Source: Eledone cirrhosa (Eukaryota). Taken from it: 64,000 nucleotides of DNA. The stretch is from the NCBI GenBank assembly GCA_964016885.1, contig OZ024762.1, forward strand, positions 27,094,001-27,158,000, given 5' to 3'. The notes beneath the pieces were generated by a model that saw nothing but the letters and a program-made list of their open reading frames with translations, was not told the origin of the DNA and did not search any database. Below, in pieces: positions 1 through 14,282 of this stretch (its first letter is position 1; each line of letters begins with the position of its first letter). A program made the position numbers and the translations under genes.

Positions 1-1
1 C

Positions 2-86
<85 letters not shown>

Positions 87-338
87 ATATGTACGTGCAT
101 GTGTGTATATATATAAATATATACATATATATTTACACATATATTACATATATATACACATACACAGATACATATACACCCATATATACACACGAACACA
201 CATATTATATATATTTCTTATACACATATATACACATACCACATATATATATACTACATATATGCACACACATATATATATATATACACACATACCACAT
301 ATATACATACACCAAACACATATATACATATTATACAA

Positions 339-369
<31 letters not shown>

Positions 370-1360
370 CACACACGCACATATATATGTTTATATATAC
401 ATATATATATACACACATACCAATACACACTAAACATACATATATATTATACATATCTTGTACATACACATATATACATATATATATATATATAACTCAC
501 ATACATACAAATATATATTTTCTACATACGTACATACATATACATATAAACATACACACACACATACATACAAATACATATATATATATATCTTATACAT
601 ATATATATATACATATATTTCAAACACATATATATATACACATACATATATTTTTTCTACATACACATTTATATATATACTTATATCATATACACACCCC
701 ATATATATATATTTTTTATTCACATATACCATGCATACATGTTATATCCTATACATATACCACACATATATCATATACATCATATATATACACTATACAT
801 ATCCTACATACATATTATATATATCTCCCACATATATACACACATACATATATATATATATATATCCCATATACACACATATATATTTTATACATACATA
901 CACACATACATATAGACACACATATATACATACACACACACGTACATACATATACATACATATACACATATATATATATATATTCTCCACACATTTTATA
1001 TACACATTCATACATATATACCATATAAATATTCCATATTATATTCCATATAAACACATTTTATACCTCCTACATATATATATATATTTTACATATACAT
1101 ATATATATACTACATACATATACATATACATATAAATATATTATACACATATCCACACATACATCTCCACACACACACATAGATATGTATATACACACAT
1201 ATCTATCTCACACATACGCACGTGCATACATACACACATATATAAATACACACACACACATATGCACACATACACATAAACATGTACACATATATCTGTA
1301 TACCTACAGGCACATATATAAAAAACACATCTATACATACATATATCTACACACACATCC
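1..1360. repeat. Degenerate (TA)n/(CA)n/(TACA)n low-complexity tract
   Basis: Almost only alternating TA/CA dinucleotides; ORFs here are Y/I/H/T artefacts. Confidence 0.95.
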
Positions 1361-1485
1361 ACTCAAGTGTTTAAGTTCATACATACATTGGTGTGGGAAA
1401 GTGGAAATTAATGAAATGTTATTGTACCTCTGAGGGTTTTTCTTCTCTTCAGCGATCGAATGTTTGAAAGTACGGATGTCATCAA

Positions 1486-3730
1486 CTATTTTTCTTTTTC
1501 AATATGAGATTTTTTTAAAGAAAAAAGAGTGGGGAGAATCCCATTATTTGAAAATGGAATATCACTTTTTGTGTTCAGTCGTGGTTTGTATTTTCTAATA
1601 AAGAATTCTTCTTTATATTTTCGGAAGTGTTCGTTGTCCGACCATATCTTAAAGATGGGGAAAATTGTGAAATTTCCCTTTCCACATGTTGCGAAGTGTG
1701 GTGTTTCTGACAGAGGGGTCTCTAATTTGTTGTTTATATACTCGAACTCTGTCATGTAGGCCCATTCCGGTTTCACCAATGTAATATTCTTTACACTGTG
1801 GGCAGGTTGCACAGTAAATCAAGTTTTTTTGTTTTGCAATTCATGTTTGCATTAACTGGTTGTTTTTAAAGGAGATTTGTCGCAAGTTCCACATCGAGGG
1901 TCCCCGCATTTCTGCCTTGGTAAGCAGTTTCTTTAGGTTGGATGCTTAGCGTCTACTATATATAATTTGTGCATCTTTTATGAGTGCATTCATTTTGGGG
2001 GACTGCTGGAGAATCGTGAGATATTGTTTGGCGGCTCTTACAATGTTGAAGTTCCTTGGATTGTGAGTGATGACAAAAGGGATAACTGTTTTTTCCATTC
2101 TATTTTGTTGCTTTGTTTTTCTCAGTTTTGTCACTGGGATGTTCTGGGCTTTGGAGATGGCTGTGTTGATGAGGTTCATCGGATATTCTTGTCCCTTAAG
2201 GAACTTTTTTAATTCATATAATCTTTTTTCCTGTAGTGTGGGGGTGTGTCACTATGGTGCAGATGCGTCTTGCCATGTTAAAAGGAATGTTCCTTTTGGT
2301 ATATGGTAGGTGTGCTGAACGGAAATTCAAGTATTGGTGTGTGTCTGTTGGTTTGTAAAATAAGTTCGTTTTGATATTTCCCCTTCCTTAATGATAAGGA
2401 TATCCAGAAACGGTAGTTCCTTGTTATTACATTCCATGGTGAAGTTTATTTCTTCGTGAAGATTGTTTATGATGGAATGGAATCTTTGAAGGTCTTCTAA
2501 GGCTTCTAATTCCAGAAGATGAAGCAGTCGTCTTGGTAGCGTTTCCAGTTGTGATTAATGTAGGTGGCGAAGTGATAACTGAATGTTTCCTGCAGTTTGG
2601 AATGCAATTTTGCCTCCAGGTGGCCCATAACGAGTGTTGCATGTGTTGGGGCCACTTTGGTATCCACGGCCGTTCCTTTTATTTGTAAATATAGTTCGTT
2701 ATCAAAAAGGAAGTGGTTGTTCTCCAGTTCTAGTTTGAGTCCTTCGAAAATAAATTTTTTGGGGGAATCTCTCTGAAATGTAGTCTGGATGTTTTGTAAT
2801 CCAGAAGTCGTGTGGGGTGTTAGTATATAAGCTTGTTACGTCAAAGCTGACTAAGATTGTTTCTTGGTGTACTTTCTGGGGGATATAGTTCAGGAATTGC
2901 ATATCATCTCTGATGAAGCTTAGCACCTTTTTACATAAGGGTTTCAGTATGATGTCTAATAGGTTGCTTAGACGTTGTGTGCTTGAGGCTGGACCGGCAA
3001 CAATTGGGCGTAATTTTAAATCTGTCGGTTTTGGTACTTCAACATATGATGTATGTTTGCCTTTTATGCTGTTTTGGATTTCTCTGGATTTGTGAACCTT
3101 CGGTAAACCATAGAAGTTGTTGTTTTTCATTTCGAAGTTGGTTAAGTAACTGATTTCCTGTAGTGTGAGGTTGTTTTGGTACTTGGTCGTCAGTTTGCCT
3201 ACTTTAATCATAGATTTTCTTTCTTCGGTTTTGCTGATTTTTCTGTAAAGGTCCTCGTTATTCAGCTGTTTTAGGACCATATCCTTGTAGTGGTTTTTGT
3301 CTATGATGATGATTGCTCCACCTTTGTCCGCTTCTTTTATGATTATTGAGGAGTGTTTTTGTTGTTTGTTTAGTGCTTGCAGTTGGTCTGTAGGGATGTT
3401 GTATTTATGTTTCGTCTCTGCAGTATTTGACTGTGCTGATCGTCGGAGGTAGGTTATGTAGTCCTCCATGTGTTTGTCTCTATTTAACGGAGGCCTGAAG
3501 TTCTTTTTGTTTCTTACTAGTGATTCCTCCTCGTATTCTACACCCTGGAATAATTCTCCTAGACGTAATTTTTGACAAAAATCTTCTGTGTCTTTTATAA
3601 GGTCGGCTTGTTCTGCTTTTGGAGTGGGTGTCAATTTCAGCCCATTCCGTAGCAATTTTATTTCGTGTTGTGTTAGTTTTTTTGCCGATATGTTGATTAT
3701 TTTTGGTTCTCGCCGGGTGACACTCGTCAC
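1486..3730 (-). mobile_element. Penelope-like element (Neptune-like), frameshifted RT + GIY-YIG pseudogene
   Basis: IIIKEADKGGAIIIID (DKG motif), YGLPKVHK, LRPIVA, LVSFDVTSLYTN; further on minus strand a KCGDPRCGTC Cys linker (~1880-1910) and EYYIGETG (~1767-1790). Confidence 0.9.
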
Positions 3731-3765
3731 GTGGCACTTGAAGGGTGGTGTTTACATATGTATAC

Positions 3766-3798
<33 letters not shown>

Positions 3799-3815
3799 TA
3801 TACATATATATATGT

Positions 3816-3877
<62 letters not shown>

Positions 3878-3880
<3 letters not shown>

Positions 3881-5741
3881 CTCTCCGAGGATAAATCTCA
3901 AGGATCACAAAAACAATTTTCGCACTGAACTACCTGTTAGATTAATCGCCCCCCCTAAATCTGATCTGGGGTTGTTAGTAAAGCCATCTTGGATAGGATT
4001 GATTATCCCTCAGGTTAGTTCTAATTGCTCTTCTTTGAACCTAAATTTATGGTTTGGTACTTCTGAAGTGATTGGCTGGTTCAACAAATTGGATAATAAA
4101 AACAAACTAAAATTTATTCAATTTGATATTGCCAGCTACTATTCCTCCATTTCGCCTTCACTTCTCAATAATGCTCTATCTTTCGCACTTAAATATTCTG
4201 ACATCACCACGGATGAACTTCACATCATCCTCACCGCACGTAAAACTATCCTAGAGTTCAACAACGAATATTGGACCAGAGCCGATACTTCTAACAACTT
4301 CGACATCACAATGGGAGCATCCGATTCATCCCAATTGACTGATTTAATTGGTATCTTCATTTTGAAGTCTTTGAGTCGGAAAATTCCTCAACTTCGCGGT
4401 GGAATTTATCGTGACGATGGACCCTTTACTATCCTAAATTGCAATATAGTTAAACTTAATATTATTAAGAACAATATACGTAATCTCTTTAACCAACATA
4501 ACCTAAAAATTGAATTTGATAATAGTATCAAACTAGCTAATTTCTTGGATGTATCTCTTAATCTTGACACTGGCCTATATTACCCTTACCATAAAAACAA
4601 TGAGAACCTTAATTATGTTAACTTTAAATCTAACCATCCTACCAATATCAAGAATGCTATAGTTAATAATATTGGAAATAGAATATCTAACATATCTTCT
4701 AATAAAAACATCTTTGATGCTAACGCCAATTACTATAATAACGCACTTTCTAAAGCCGGATATCCAGATAAAATCAAATATAATAAAGAAACAAATTCTA
4801 GAAAAACTTACAGTAGAATAATTAATCATGACCATTCCAATAATTTTAATAAAAGACCTAGATACAAAAACATAATCTGGTATAATGCTCCTTTCTCCAT
4901 CTCTATTAATAACAATATTCCTAAATTATTTTTTAGTGCCTTAAATAAATGCTTCCCTCCCTCACATATCTATAGTAAAATATTTAACAAACACACCATC
5001 AAATTTTAGTATTCTACATCCTCCAATATTTCCAACATCATCTCTAAACACAACAATAAAATACTAAATACTAAATCTCTTCCTTCCAATATTGAATTTC
5101 ATAATAACAGTAATAGTACTCCCGACGTCATTGTAAACCCTAGGCTAACTTCTGTAAACCCAAATACAACGTCAAACACAACTTCGCTAAATGTTCATAA
5201 TCCAACTCTAAATCAAGAAACTATTATTCCTATTATTCCTATCGCAAACAACTTCTCCAATCCAATTCCTTCTATAGATAACACTAGATCACTCATTAAT
5301 AATCTCTCTAATTGCAGCTGCCGCATTAAAAATAAATGTCCTATCAACAACCATTGTCTCGATAAAAACTTAATTTATGAATGTAAAATTATAACTAGCA
5401 CCAATTCCTTCACCTATTTTGGCTCCACTTCCACCTCTTTTAAAGCTCGTCTCTATAATCATCATTCATCTTTCAAATACAAACTTAAAAGAACTAACAC
5501 TGCTCTCTCAGAACTCATATGGTCCTTAAAAGACAAAAACATTAAATATACCATCTTTTGGAAGAAGATTTCTTCTGCATCCTCATACTTGAACAGCTCC
5601 CTATCTAAAATCTGTAATCTCTGCCTAAATGAAAAATTTACCATTATCTCTAACCTAGATTCTATAATAAATAGACGCACAGATTTATTTTCTATCTGCC
5701 TGCATAAATTCCATAGAACTTTTCACAAAGTATACAGTTAA
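3878..5741 (+). mobile_element. Penelope-like element (YRDD, tentatively Hydra-type) RT + GIY-YIG ORF with a single premature stop
   Basis: [40 protein letters not shown]; frame continues past TAG 5007-5009 to TAA 5739-5741 with CSCRIKNKCP, LIYECK, YFGSTSTSFKARLYNH, CNLC, CLH. Confidence 0.92.
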
Positions 5742-6246
5742 TATTCAATTCTTTATCAATTTAGAATCTTTTCTCAAAGGCACATATACATACACCTCTT
5801 TAAAATATACCCATCTACATTACTTTAAAGGGCATTATACACTCTATAATACTTGTTTACTCATTACCCTCATTCTATCTTCTCCTTATAAAATCATAAC
5901 ATTTGTTTTGACATTAGAATATTCATCCGCAATCATTATTATTTTTTTCTCTCTATCATAAATCTTTTTAATCTCAATTTCATCCTTAATTTATTATTAT
6001 TTTTTTCTCCCCATCAACGAACTCATTATTAATACATATTAACTATTTATTCGCATATATTATCAATTCAATCAATATACAAACTTTAACTTCACATTAT
6101 TTTTCTCAAATCATTCTACACACAAACCTTAATAATTTTTCTCTTCGTTAATTTTGAAATTGCCACAATACATACATTTCTTTTTTTGACGTTAGAATAT
6201 TCACCCACAACTATTATTTTTTCTCTCTATCTTCATACATAATTTC

Positions 6247-6647
6247 CCTTCGTTAATTTTCAAATTCCTTTAATTTATACATTGTCTTCCAACGGTTCCC
6301 AACCTCTCTATATTAAAACAATATATCTTTTTCTCAGTTATAAAAACTATCTCTTTCTCTCTATCACCCATCTCTCCCTCTCCACCTTCACTCTCATCTC
6401 CTCCCCCTTTTTTCATCCTTTCCACCCCCCCTCCCTAAATAAAATATTTTTTCCTCGCACATATCCTCCCTTCGTTAATTTTCAAAATTTTTAATTTATA
6501 CAGTATCTTCCAACGGTTTTCAACCTCTCTATGTAAAAAATATATCTCCTCTCAGTTATAAAAACTATCTCTTTCTCTCTATGACCCATCTCTCCCTCTC
6601 ATCTCCTTCCCTTTTCATCCCCCCCCTCTCTAAATAAAATATTTTTC
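6247..6647 (+). repeat. Imperfect ~200 bp direct duplication in the PLE 3' UTR
   Basis: cccttcgttaattttcaaa...caacctctctat...ctcagttataaaaactatctc occurs at ~6247 and ~6468. Confidence 0.75.
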
Positions 6648-6743
6648 CCAATATCACACATCAATCTAAAACCACTTTTCATATGTTGATTTAAAACTGC
6701 ACTATCCAGAAGTGTTTTTTAGCCTTCATATCATGTTCTCCTG

Positions 6744-6810
6744 TTTTATCTGATGAAAACACAAATATTATTGCATGATGATGTTTGTTTTTGAAATGCG
6801 CATAATAAAA
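6744..6810 (+). ncRNA. Type I hammerhead ribozyme in PLE 3' terminal repeat
   Basis: ttttat-CTGATGA-stem II-GAAA-tgcgca-TA-ataaaa; palindromic minimal stem III. Confidence 0.85.
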
Positions 6811-6898
6811 TATATGGAACTCCTTTAACCATCTTTTGATCTTATATTATACATACATATATATATATATATACATATATATATACATATATATATGT

Positions 6899-7001
<103 letters not shown>

Positions 7002-7418
7002 TATATACATACATATATATATATATATATACATATATCTATATATATACATATATGTATATATATATATATATACATATATGTATGAATGTATATATAG
7101 TGTATTTTGCATTACACTGTGTGCTTAATTAATATCATTTTGAAGACCTTACGCTATTGTTTTAAAGTAGTGACAATGCCACTTACTTCTTTTTTCAACA
7201 AACAAACGGAAATAAGCTGAGAGATCTCTGTTTCATACTAGTTGGTATTGCAAAATACACTATATTTATATTCATGTATACATCGCTATTTCAGAGCACC
7301 AATTCTAATATTCTATTTTTGCTGGACCGGCAACCGCTCTGTATAATCAGTTACTGATTATAAACTGGAGTTCTATGAGAAACCAACATTCATAATTTTC
7401 AACAGACAAGGGGAGTGC

Positions 7419-7466
7419 TAAGCTCTGAGGAATACCAACAGTATGAAACAGAGATCTGTCAGCTTA
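7419..7466 (+). ncRNA. Type I hammerhead ribozyme
   Basis: taagct-CTGAGGA-atac caaca gtat-GAAA-cag agat ctg-TC-agctta; stem I extends (ttcaacagacaa/ttgtctgttgaa); inverted partial copy at ~7213-7250. Confidence 0.88.
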
Positions 7467-7599
7467 TCTCCCTTTGTCTGTTGAAAATAGAAGTAAGTGA
7501 CATAATCAGTACTTTAAAGCAAAGGCGTAAAGTCTTCAAAATGCTTTTAATTAAGAATACACTATATATACATTCATATATATATATCGCTATTTCAGA

Positions 7600-7651
<52 letters not shown>

Positions 7652-7655
<4 letters not shown>

Positions 7656-8250
7656 TGGTAAACGGAATAGAAAATGCTGACAAATTGTTCACAGTTGAAA
7701 AATGGTTTAATTAGGAATAAAAGAGTATTAGTGATTGTATGGGTTAGTATTCAGTTGTGGTTTTAAGTTTTTAAGTTTTTACCGGTTGCGCATTTCTAAA
7801 TGCTTTTCAAAAATAATTTTGAGATAGAGTGTCCGTGCTGTTTGCTCTGATCTGATTAGTTTTGGGAATTGGCGCAAAATCAACTTTTTACATTCACATG
7901 ACCTCTACCGACAAATCAAAATTGTTTTGACCACAAGCATTTTTGCAACACAAAAATAACGCTGGAGCCACTTTTTTAACATAAAAACTGGTAGAATTCC
8001 CAAAACTAATCAGATCAGAGCAAACAGCACGGACACTCTATCTCAAAATTATTTTTGAAAAGCATTTAGAAATGCGCAACCAGTAAAAACATAAAAACTT
8101 AAAACCACAACTGAATACTAACCCATACAATCACTAATACTCTTTTATTCCTAATTAAACCATTTTTCAACTGTGAACAATTTGTCAGCATTTTCTATTC
8201 CGTTTACCAATATATAATAACTTGTGTGTTACACCTCTATTCTTTTAACT
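7652..8250. repeat. ~220 bp inverted repeat (7652-7870 / 7995-8212) with tail on right arm; related copy at ~20825-21210
   Basis: Arms are reverse complements; flanked by (TA)n. Confidence 0.85.
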
Positions 8251-8399
8251 ATATATTTATATATATATATGTATATTCAATGATATTAAATAAATGGAAA
8301 CTATATTTATAGAACCATATTTATTCTATTATATATATTTCAAGGGTACCAAAACTTATATGTATATATATATATATATATAAATATACATATATATAT

Positions 8400-10005
8400 T
8401 GGAAAAAGTATGACCCCGACGGCAGAGTTCAAGCCGTTTCGACGGCTATTTCTGAACTAAATTAGAATGTTTAGCCTATAAATAAATATCCGAACTTGTC
8501 AATGGGTACTTCCTTATATGGGAGGATTGTAGTTGTCAAGAGGATTGGTCAAAATGTGTTGTAAACACAAATAAATCTGTCATGGCATTTGGTGGAAGAT
8601 AGGGTTGGATGAACCTGCCTGTAGAACAATGAGGGAGTGAGTGGAGCCGGTCAAGCGTGAAAGTAAAATCTATACACCACATTATTAGGGTAGTGTATGA
8701 AAAGTCGAAAAATTGTTCTGGAGAAAATGTAGGAGGGAAGTTATAGAATAGGTAAGTCAAATGAGAGTAGGAGACAATAAAAAATAATCGAAAGAAATAT
8801 AAAAAAATATATAAAATTAGATAGTGAGAAATGAATAAAAAACAAACAAAAATAGTAGAGTCTAGTGACAGCTGCTATAAATAGTTAGTAAAGCGTATTC
8901 CGCCAATGCTATCTTACAATTACAGGTTAATAAGTTGAGAATAGAAAATACTAAATAAGAAATTTTGAAATTGTAGAATTGGTATTGTAACAAATATGAT
9001 ACAAAATTACAGGGGTCTATTACACCTGCTATAAATAGTTAGTAAAGTGTATTCGGCCAATTCTATCTTAAAATTACAGTGCTGGGGGTACTGAGGCTAC
9101 AGAGGCCCGATGGGCTGCATCGGAGTAGGCGGAAGGGGAAAAACAGACGTGGAAGAAGATCGGGGGTGAAAGGAAGTGATAGGATGAGACAGGGGGAAGA
9201 AGAGAAAATAGAGGAAAAGAAAAGAGGTACAACTACCTAGGTAAGCGGGGTTTCCCCTAATTTATTCTGCAAGTGGGGGTATCAGCCATTGTATACCCAC
9301 CCGGGTCGTTATGGGGTTTGAGGGCGAGATAAGTCCTACGCAATCCGTGTTTGCATGCGGTTACCAGTTCGTCTTTCTTGTTTAGGAGTTGGTCCTTCGA
9401 AAACTGCATTTGTAATGTTTCTTCCGAGCATAAGTTACATGGAGGGCGTCCTCCCGTGTACGAGTTAGCTCTGGACAGTAAGCTCCAAGTGAGATTGTAG
9501 GTTATATTATTATCTTGGAGGTCCTTGGAGGTCCTATTATCACCGCCGAATGCAGGAAACATTCCAGTGAGTTTAAATAGTAGGAATAATCCTATGAAAT
9601 GTGTGACCTCGGCCGTATACCTCCTCCATTTTCTCCAAAACAATTTTTTCGACTTTCATACCCTATTCTTAGAATCTGCTGTATAGATTTCACTTTCAAC
9701 GCTTGACCGGCTCCACGCACTTCCTCATTGTTCTACAGGCAGGTTCATCCAGCCCTATCTCCCACCAAATGCCATGACAGACTTATTTGTGTTTACAACA
9801 AATTTTGGCCAGTCCTCTTGACAACTACAATCTTCACATATAAGGAATTACCCCTTCAAAAGTTCGGATATTTATTTACCAGGCTAAAAATTCTAATTTA
9901 GTCCAGAAATAGCACTGCTGTCGGTGTCATACTTTTTCCTATTACCCTAAGTATTGAGAACTCTGGTGCGTCATGGTCCATCTGGTTGCTTACCACATTT
10001 CCTTC
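8400..10005. mobile_element. Truncated PLE with ~350 bp inverted terminal repeats and GIY-YIG C-terminal fragment (9257-9540, minus)
   Basis: 8400-8730 is reverse complement of ~9627-9942; WSLLSRANSYTGGRPPCNLCSEE...TACKH; degenerate HHR half GAAAcgg...ccgTC. Confidence 0.8.
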
Positions 10006-10007
10006 GT

Positions 10008-10076
<69 letters not shown>

Positions 10077-10123
10077 AATGAATAATAACAGGTAGACATC
10101 ATAAAAAGGTAATTTATTCCGTG

Positions 10124-10235
10124 TGCTTACAAGCGTTTCCACGGTGGTACTGCAGCCTAGTTCCGCTACGTGCAAATTCACAAGTATTTGCAGAACTCGA
10201 ATATCCAATGCTGTGACCACTGTTTCCTCAGAGCA
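10124..10235 (-). ncRNA. Hammerhead ribozyme with long branched stem II
   Basis: Minus strand tgct-CTGAGGA-aacagtggt...accaccgtg-GAAA-cgcttg-TA-agca, downstream of the PLE ORF at 10728-11987. Confidence 0.7.
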
Positions 10236-10727
10236 GAATGGTAAATGTACAATGTAAAAACCCTTAAGTGGGGTTGTTGGGGAAGATAGAGTGGAACAGG
10301 AAGAGAGAAAAGTAGGGAAGAAGGAGAGAGAAGGAAAGATATGCAGGGGTTGGAGAAGTAGGAGAGAGTGGCTTGTAGATATCTTAATCAAAATGTTATG
10401 GTAGGGGTTTTATTAGTTACTTTTGGAGAGATGCGTAGATAGTTGAGGTCGGAATTATTTATTGCCCCAGAGGGTAGGTTCATAGATGTTGAGAGGGAGG
10501 TAGGTCAAAGGTGAGAGAGAGAGAGTGTAATGGATGTAGAGAGAGATATATAGGTAGAGAGGAGAGAGATAAAGTATGTGTGGTGAGTGAACTTTTGGTT
10601 TTGTAGTAGTAATCTAGGAATTGTACTGAGTTACCATGTATAGTGATAAACAGTGTATTGTCTTGTAGTGTGGGGGGAAGAGAAGGTTGTTAGCTAGAAA
10701 GTGGTGTTGTAGTTACGGGTTCGAATG

Positions 10728-12110
10728 TTAAGTTATTTTATAGTGAGAGAATTTAGCTTTTAGTTTGTGGTTGCAGTATAATGATCGTTCAATTCTATCG
10801 TTAAGTAGTTTGTTTTTGGATTTTAGTATGTAAAATAGCTCAAGGTTACATAACCTGCAGTACTTCAATCCACTCCGATATGCATTTGCGCTGGAAAGTA
10901 TATCCCATTTTAAGGTGAACTGTTGGTTGTGTTCACGGAGTTGCCAGGTCTTGTTGGCGAGCGTGGTCACAAAACGGTGATTCGGATGTTTGATTGAGAA
11001 TCGATGACGGTACCAGCGAGATTTAAACGATGTGGTGGTAGATCCGATATAATACCATTTCTGGTCGTTCGATTCAACCGTGCATTGGTAAACAATGTTG
11101 GACTTTAGGCATTCATTCTGCAATGGACATCTTTCAGGTAGATGGCAGTTACATTCTTTGTTGTGGGTAGCGGGTATACCATGGATAGGTTGTGATAGCG
11201 GTACAGGTGGGTTGTGCAATACCCGTCTCCCATTTAGTGATTGGGAGGCAGATATTGCGTTCTGCCCATCTGTTACTAAAATGTTTTGTTTTGTAGAGTT
11301 GTTTAATTGCCTTAAGTTAGGTTTTTTTATGTATGCTTCAAGGTTTGGTGCCGTGGAGTATGATAGTCTAATAGTTTTAGAGTTCAGAATTTTGCTGTAC
11401 TTATGGGAACTAGGGAAGTGTTTATTGATTAATTTAAAGAATGAAAGAGATAGTTTTGTACTAATCGAGGCATTAAAAATAGGATTATACCAGATATACT
11501 TTCTACAACGTGATTTATTTGGTGGTGATCTTCTATTATTAGTATGTCTGGTAGTACCGTGTGTGTGTGCTTGTGTTTTAGTCCCCCGGTTACGTATACG
11601 TTGATTACGTGTAGAGCTATGTGTGTTGTGGAAATTACTATCGATGTATTCTATTGTATCCCGGTGGTCAGCATTCCTTAATGCATTATTGTAGTATTCA
11701 GCATGTTCACTAAAAATATCAGAGTTAGACGATAGGCGAGAGATTCTAAGAGAAATACTCCGGGGAACTGATTTGATCATGGAGAGTGGGTGGTTAGAGT
11801 TAAAGTCAATATACGTAAGGTTCTCATTTACCTTGTGGAAGGGTCGTATCTGTCCGGTATTTAAATTAAGAGTTACGTCCAGAAAGTTTACTACTTTAAG
11901 ATTGTATTCGTATGTTATTTTTAGACCCAGTTCACTAAAAGATTTTCTAATATTTTTCCGTAGCCTTTCAAGATTTTGGTTATTCAAGTTATTAACTAAT
12001 AAGAGCCCGTCATCTCTATATATCCCCCCTGTAGATTACTAAATCTACTATGTAATATGTGGGCTATGTAAATTCCCACGAGATCCGTGACCTCCGCCGA
12101 GGCTGCATTG
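10728..12110 (-). mobile_element. 5'-truncated PLE (YRDD type), RT C-terminus + GIY-YIG
   Basis: GIYRDDGL just upstream of ORF, NFLDVTLNL, SNHP, CNCHLPERCPL, IVYQC...YYIGSTTTSFKSRWYRH, CRLC. Confidence 0.9.
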
Positions 12111-12348
12111 TGTGAGATCTGCCTGTGGGTAACAAGATGGCTGCCAAAGGGCATATTTACCTTACTAATTAGAGGGTGGTTTCAGGGGAAGTAACTTCTC
12201 GAGATATTAGAGATGGTGTGTATTTTATAGTTATGTGCTAGTATTTAAATTATTTAATTGAGAGACAATGTAGGGAGGTAACTTATAATTATCGAGTTGT
12301 TCATAGCAATTTAACTTATTAACTACAATTAGAGATGGGGCTACATGA

Positions 12349-14280
12349 CTAAGTTGGGTCAAAAACTCTATTGGCGAACGAATTAGCCCTTCGATGTTGA
12401 CAGCTAATGGTTACCTCCGTTCTATCGTTAATTGGTAGAGGTCTTGATAGAGTTATGTAATATGCTTCCGTAACACAGAGATAACAAGATTTCCTTCGTC
12501 CATTGAACAGTTGGGCCCTAGCTACGATATCCCATTTTAGTGAGGGTTGAACTTTGTTTAATTTAAGGTATTTAATGAGCCTAGCTAGCGATGTCGAACA
12601 TCTGTTGCTAGGGTCTCGGAAGGAAAAAGAGTGCGCGTTATAGCGTACCTTAAAAGGGTTAGAAGTAGACGCGATATAAGAGCTGGTATTCGAAGCAGTC
12701 TCAACTGTGCACCTATAGACTATGTTGGGTGTCAGGCAGTGTCCATTTAATGGGCATGCTTTGGGGTACCGGTAGTTGCAGTTGCTTCTGCGGTTAGTGA
12801 GAGTAGGGTTGTTTAACCTAAGCGGTAGGTCCGTGCTAGAAGGATTAGATGGGGGAGGTGTGCTACTAGAGTAATTATTGGTGTAGTGGTGTGGTGTATT
12901 TGATAGGGGTGGTGGTACCGCGGTGTGGGAGTTATACTGTCTTAGCTTATGATGGTTACTGAACGTGATGTGGCTAGCTAGGTTAGGTGTTGTGGAGAAT
13001 GAGATTTTAATGTTATTTTTATTAAAGAGTTCGTAATATCTATGGTTAGGGGGTAAGAGTTTGGATAGGATAGAGAAGAAGCTAATGGGGATATTAGTGG
13101 CTAGATTAGATGAGAATGGTGGGTTAAGCCAGGTGATATTTCTAGGTCTATTCCTTCTAGGGGTTCTAGTGGAGTTGGTAGGGGCCTTCCTAGGGTTATT
13201 ATTACCTGGGGGTTTGTTATTTGTCCTCCCATTTCTCATTCCTATTCTAGGGTTGATTCTTAGTTTGCTACTTGGAGTGGGGAGCAGGCCGCTGCCACCA
13301 TTAAAGTTCCCTGTATAGGTGCTGTTACTGCTAAAATTCCGGCGAATCTGGCTATATGCTAAGGTATTTCTAGTTCTAGTGTTAAGTTTATTATGGTGAG
13401 TTGCTGTGTTATGGCATTTTGGTATGTAATAAATTGATTGTTTATAACCAGATTCAGAGAGAGCCTTATTGTAATATTGTGCGTGGTTTATAAATATCTC
13501 TTCATTTGCTGATAGCATTGAGATTCTATAGGAGATAGATTTGATTACTGCTCTGATGACTGCCGGTTGGTGGTTAGAGTGTGGGCTAATATATCTGAGT
13601 ATTTTGCCTGGTTTATGGTAAGGGTTATAAAGGTTATTGCTGAGATCAAGGGTGATGTCTAGGAAGTTTACTACTTTATGGTTCAGCTCGATGGTGATAG
13701 AGAGACCGTTATTTTTGAAGAATCTATCAAATTGTTTCTTCAGCAAATCGATTCCCCGATTAGTGCAATTGTGGACTGCAAATAGGGCGTCGTCCCTGTA
13801 TATTTCACCTTGCATGGGCTGGATTTCGGCTCTGATGTTACGTAATAGGTAAATCCCAACTAAATCGGTGATTTGCGCGGAGTCACTTGAGCCCATCGTA
13901 ATGTCAAAGTTGTCTGTTCTATCTTTTCTAGTCCAGAGTGCTCCGTTGAATTCAATGATAGTCTGCCTAGCCATGAGTATGATGTTAATCTCATTATTGG
14001 TTATGTCCGAGTTGGTGGTGGCTAGGGCTAGTGCTTTGTTGAGCAGTTCCGGGGTTATTGACGCGTAATAGCTGTCTATATCAAATTGGATGAACCTCAT
14101 AGATTGCTTGGACCTTAGATCGGAGAACCATCTGATGACTTGGCCGGTGTTGGACCACAACTTGTAGGTGGTATCATCCCGTAGCCCAGGGATTATCCTA
14201 TCAAGGATGTTCTTACTGATGCGGCCCAGGTCAGATGTGGTTGGGCTTATGAGTCTAATGGATGGGTTCTCTATAAAGTT
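12349..14280 (-). mobile_element. PLE (YRDD type) with uninterrupted ~640 aa RT + GIY-YIG frame, 5'-truncated
   Basis: FIQFDIDSYYASI, FDITMGS, EIYRDDA, NFLDITL, IVYRC...YIASTSNPFKVRYNAH, CYLC, SCQH; annotated start lies in the adjacent repeat. Confidence 0.92.
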
Positions 14281-14282
14281 TG

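Noticed and set aside
67-1433. Long Y/I/H/T or C/V-rich ORFs here and throughout the window
   Set aside because: Translations of (TA)n/(CA)n microsatellites with no coding signal
3588-3877. N-terminus of the 473 aa ORF
   Set aside because: Read-through of the antisense neighbouring PLE and (TA)n; the real coding part starts near 3880
5007-5009. Programmed readthrough or selenocysteine at the single in-frame stop
   Set aside because: It is TAG, not TGA, at a position that is Ser in sister copies (LSYST); most likely a point mutation
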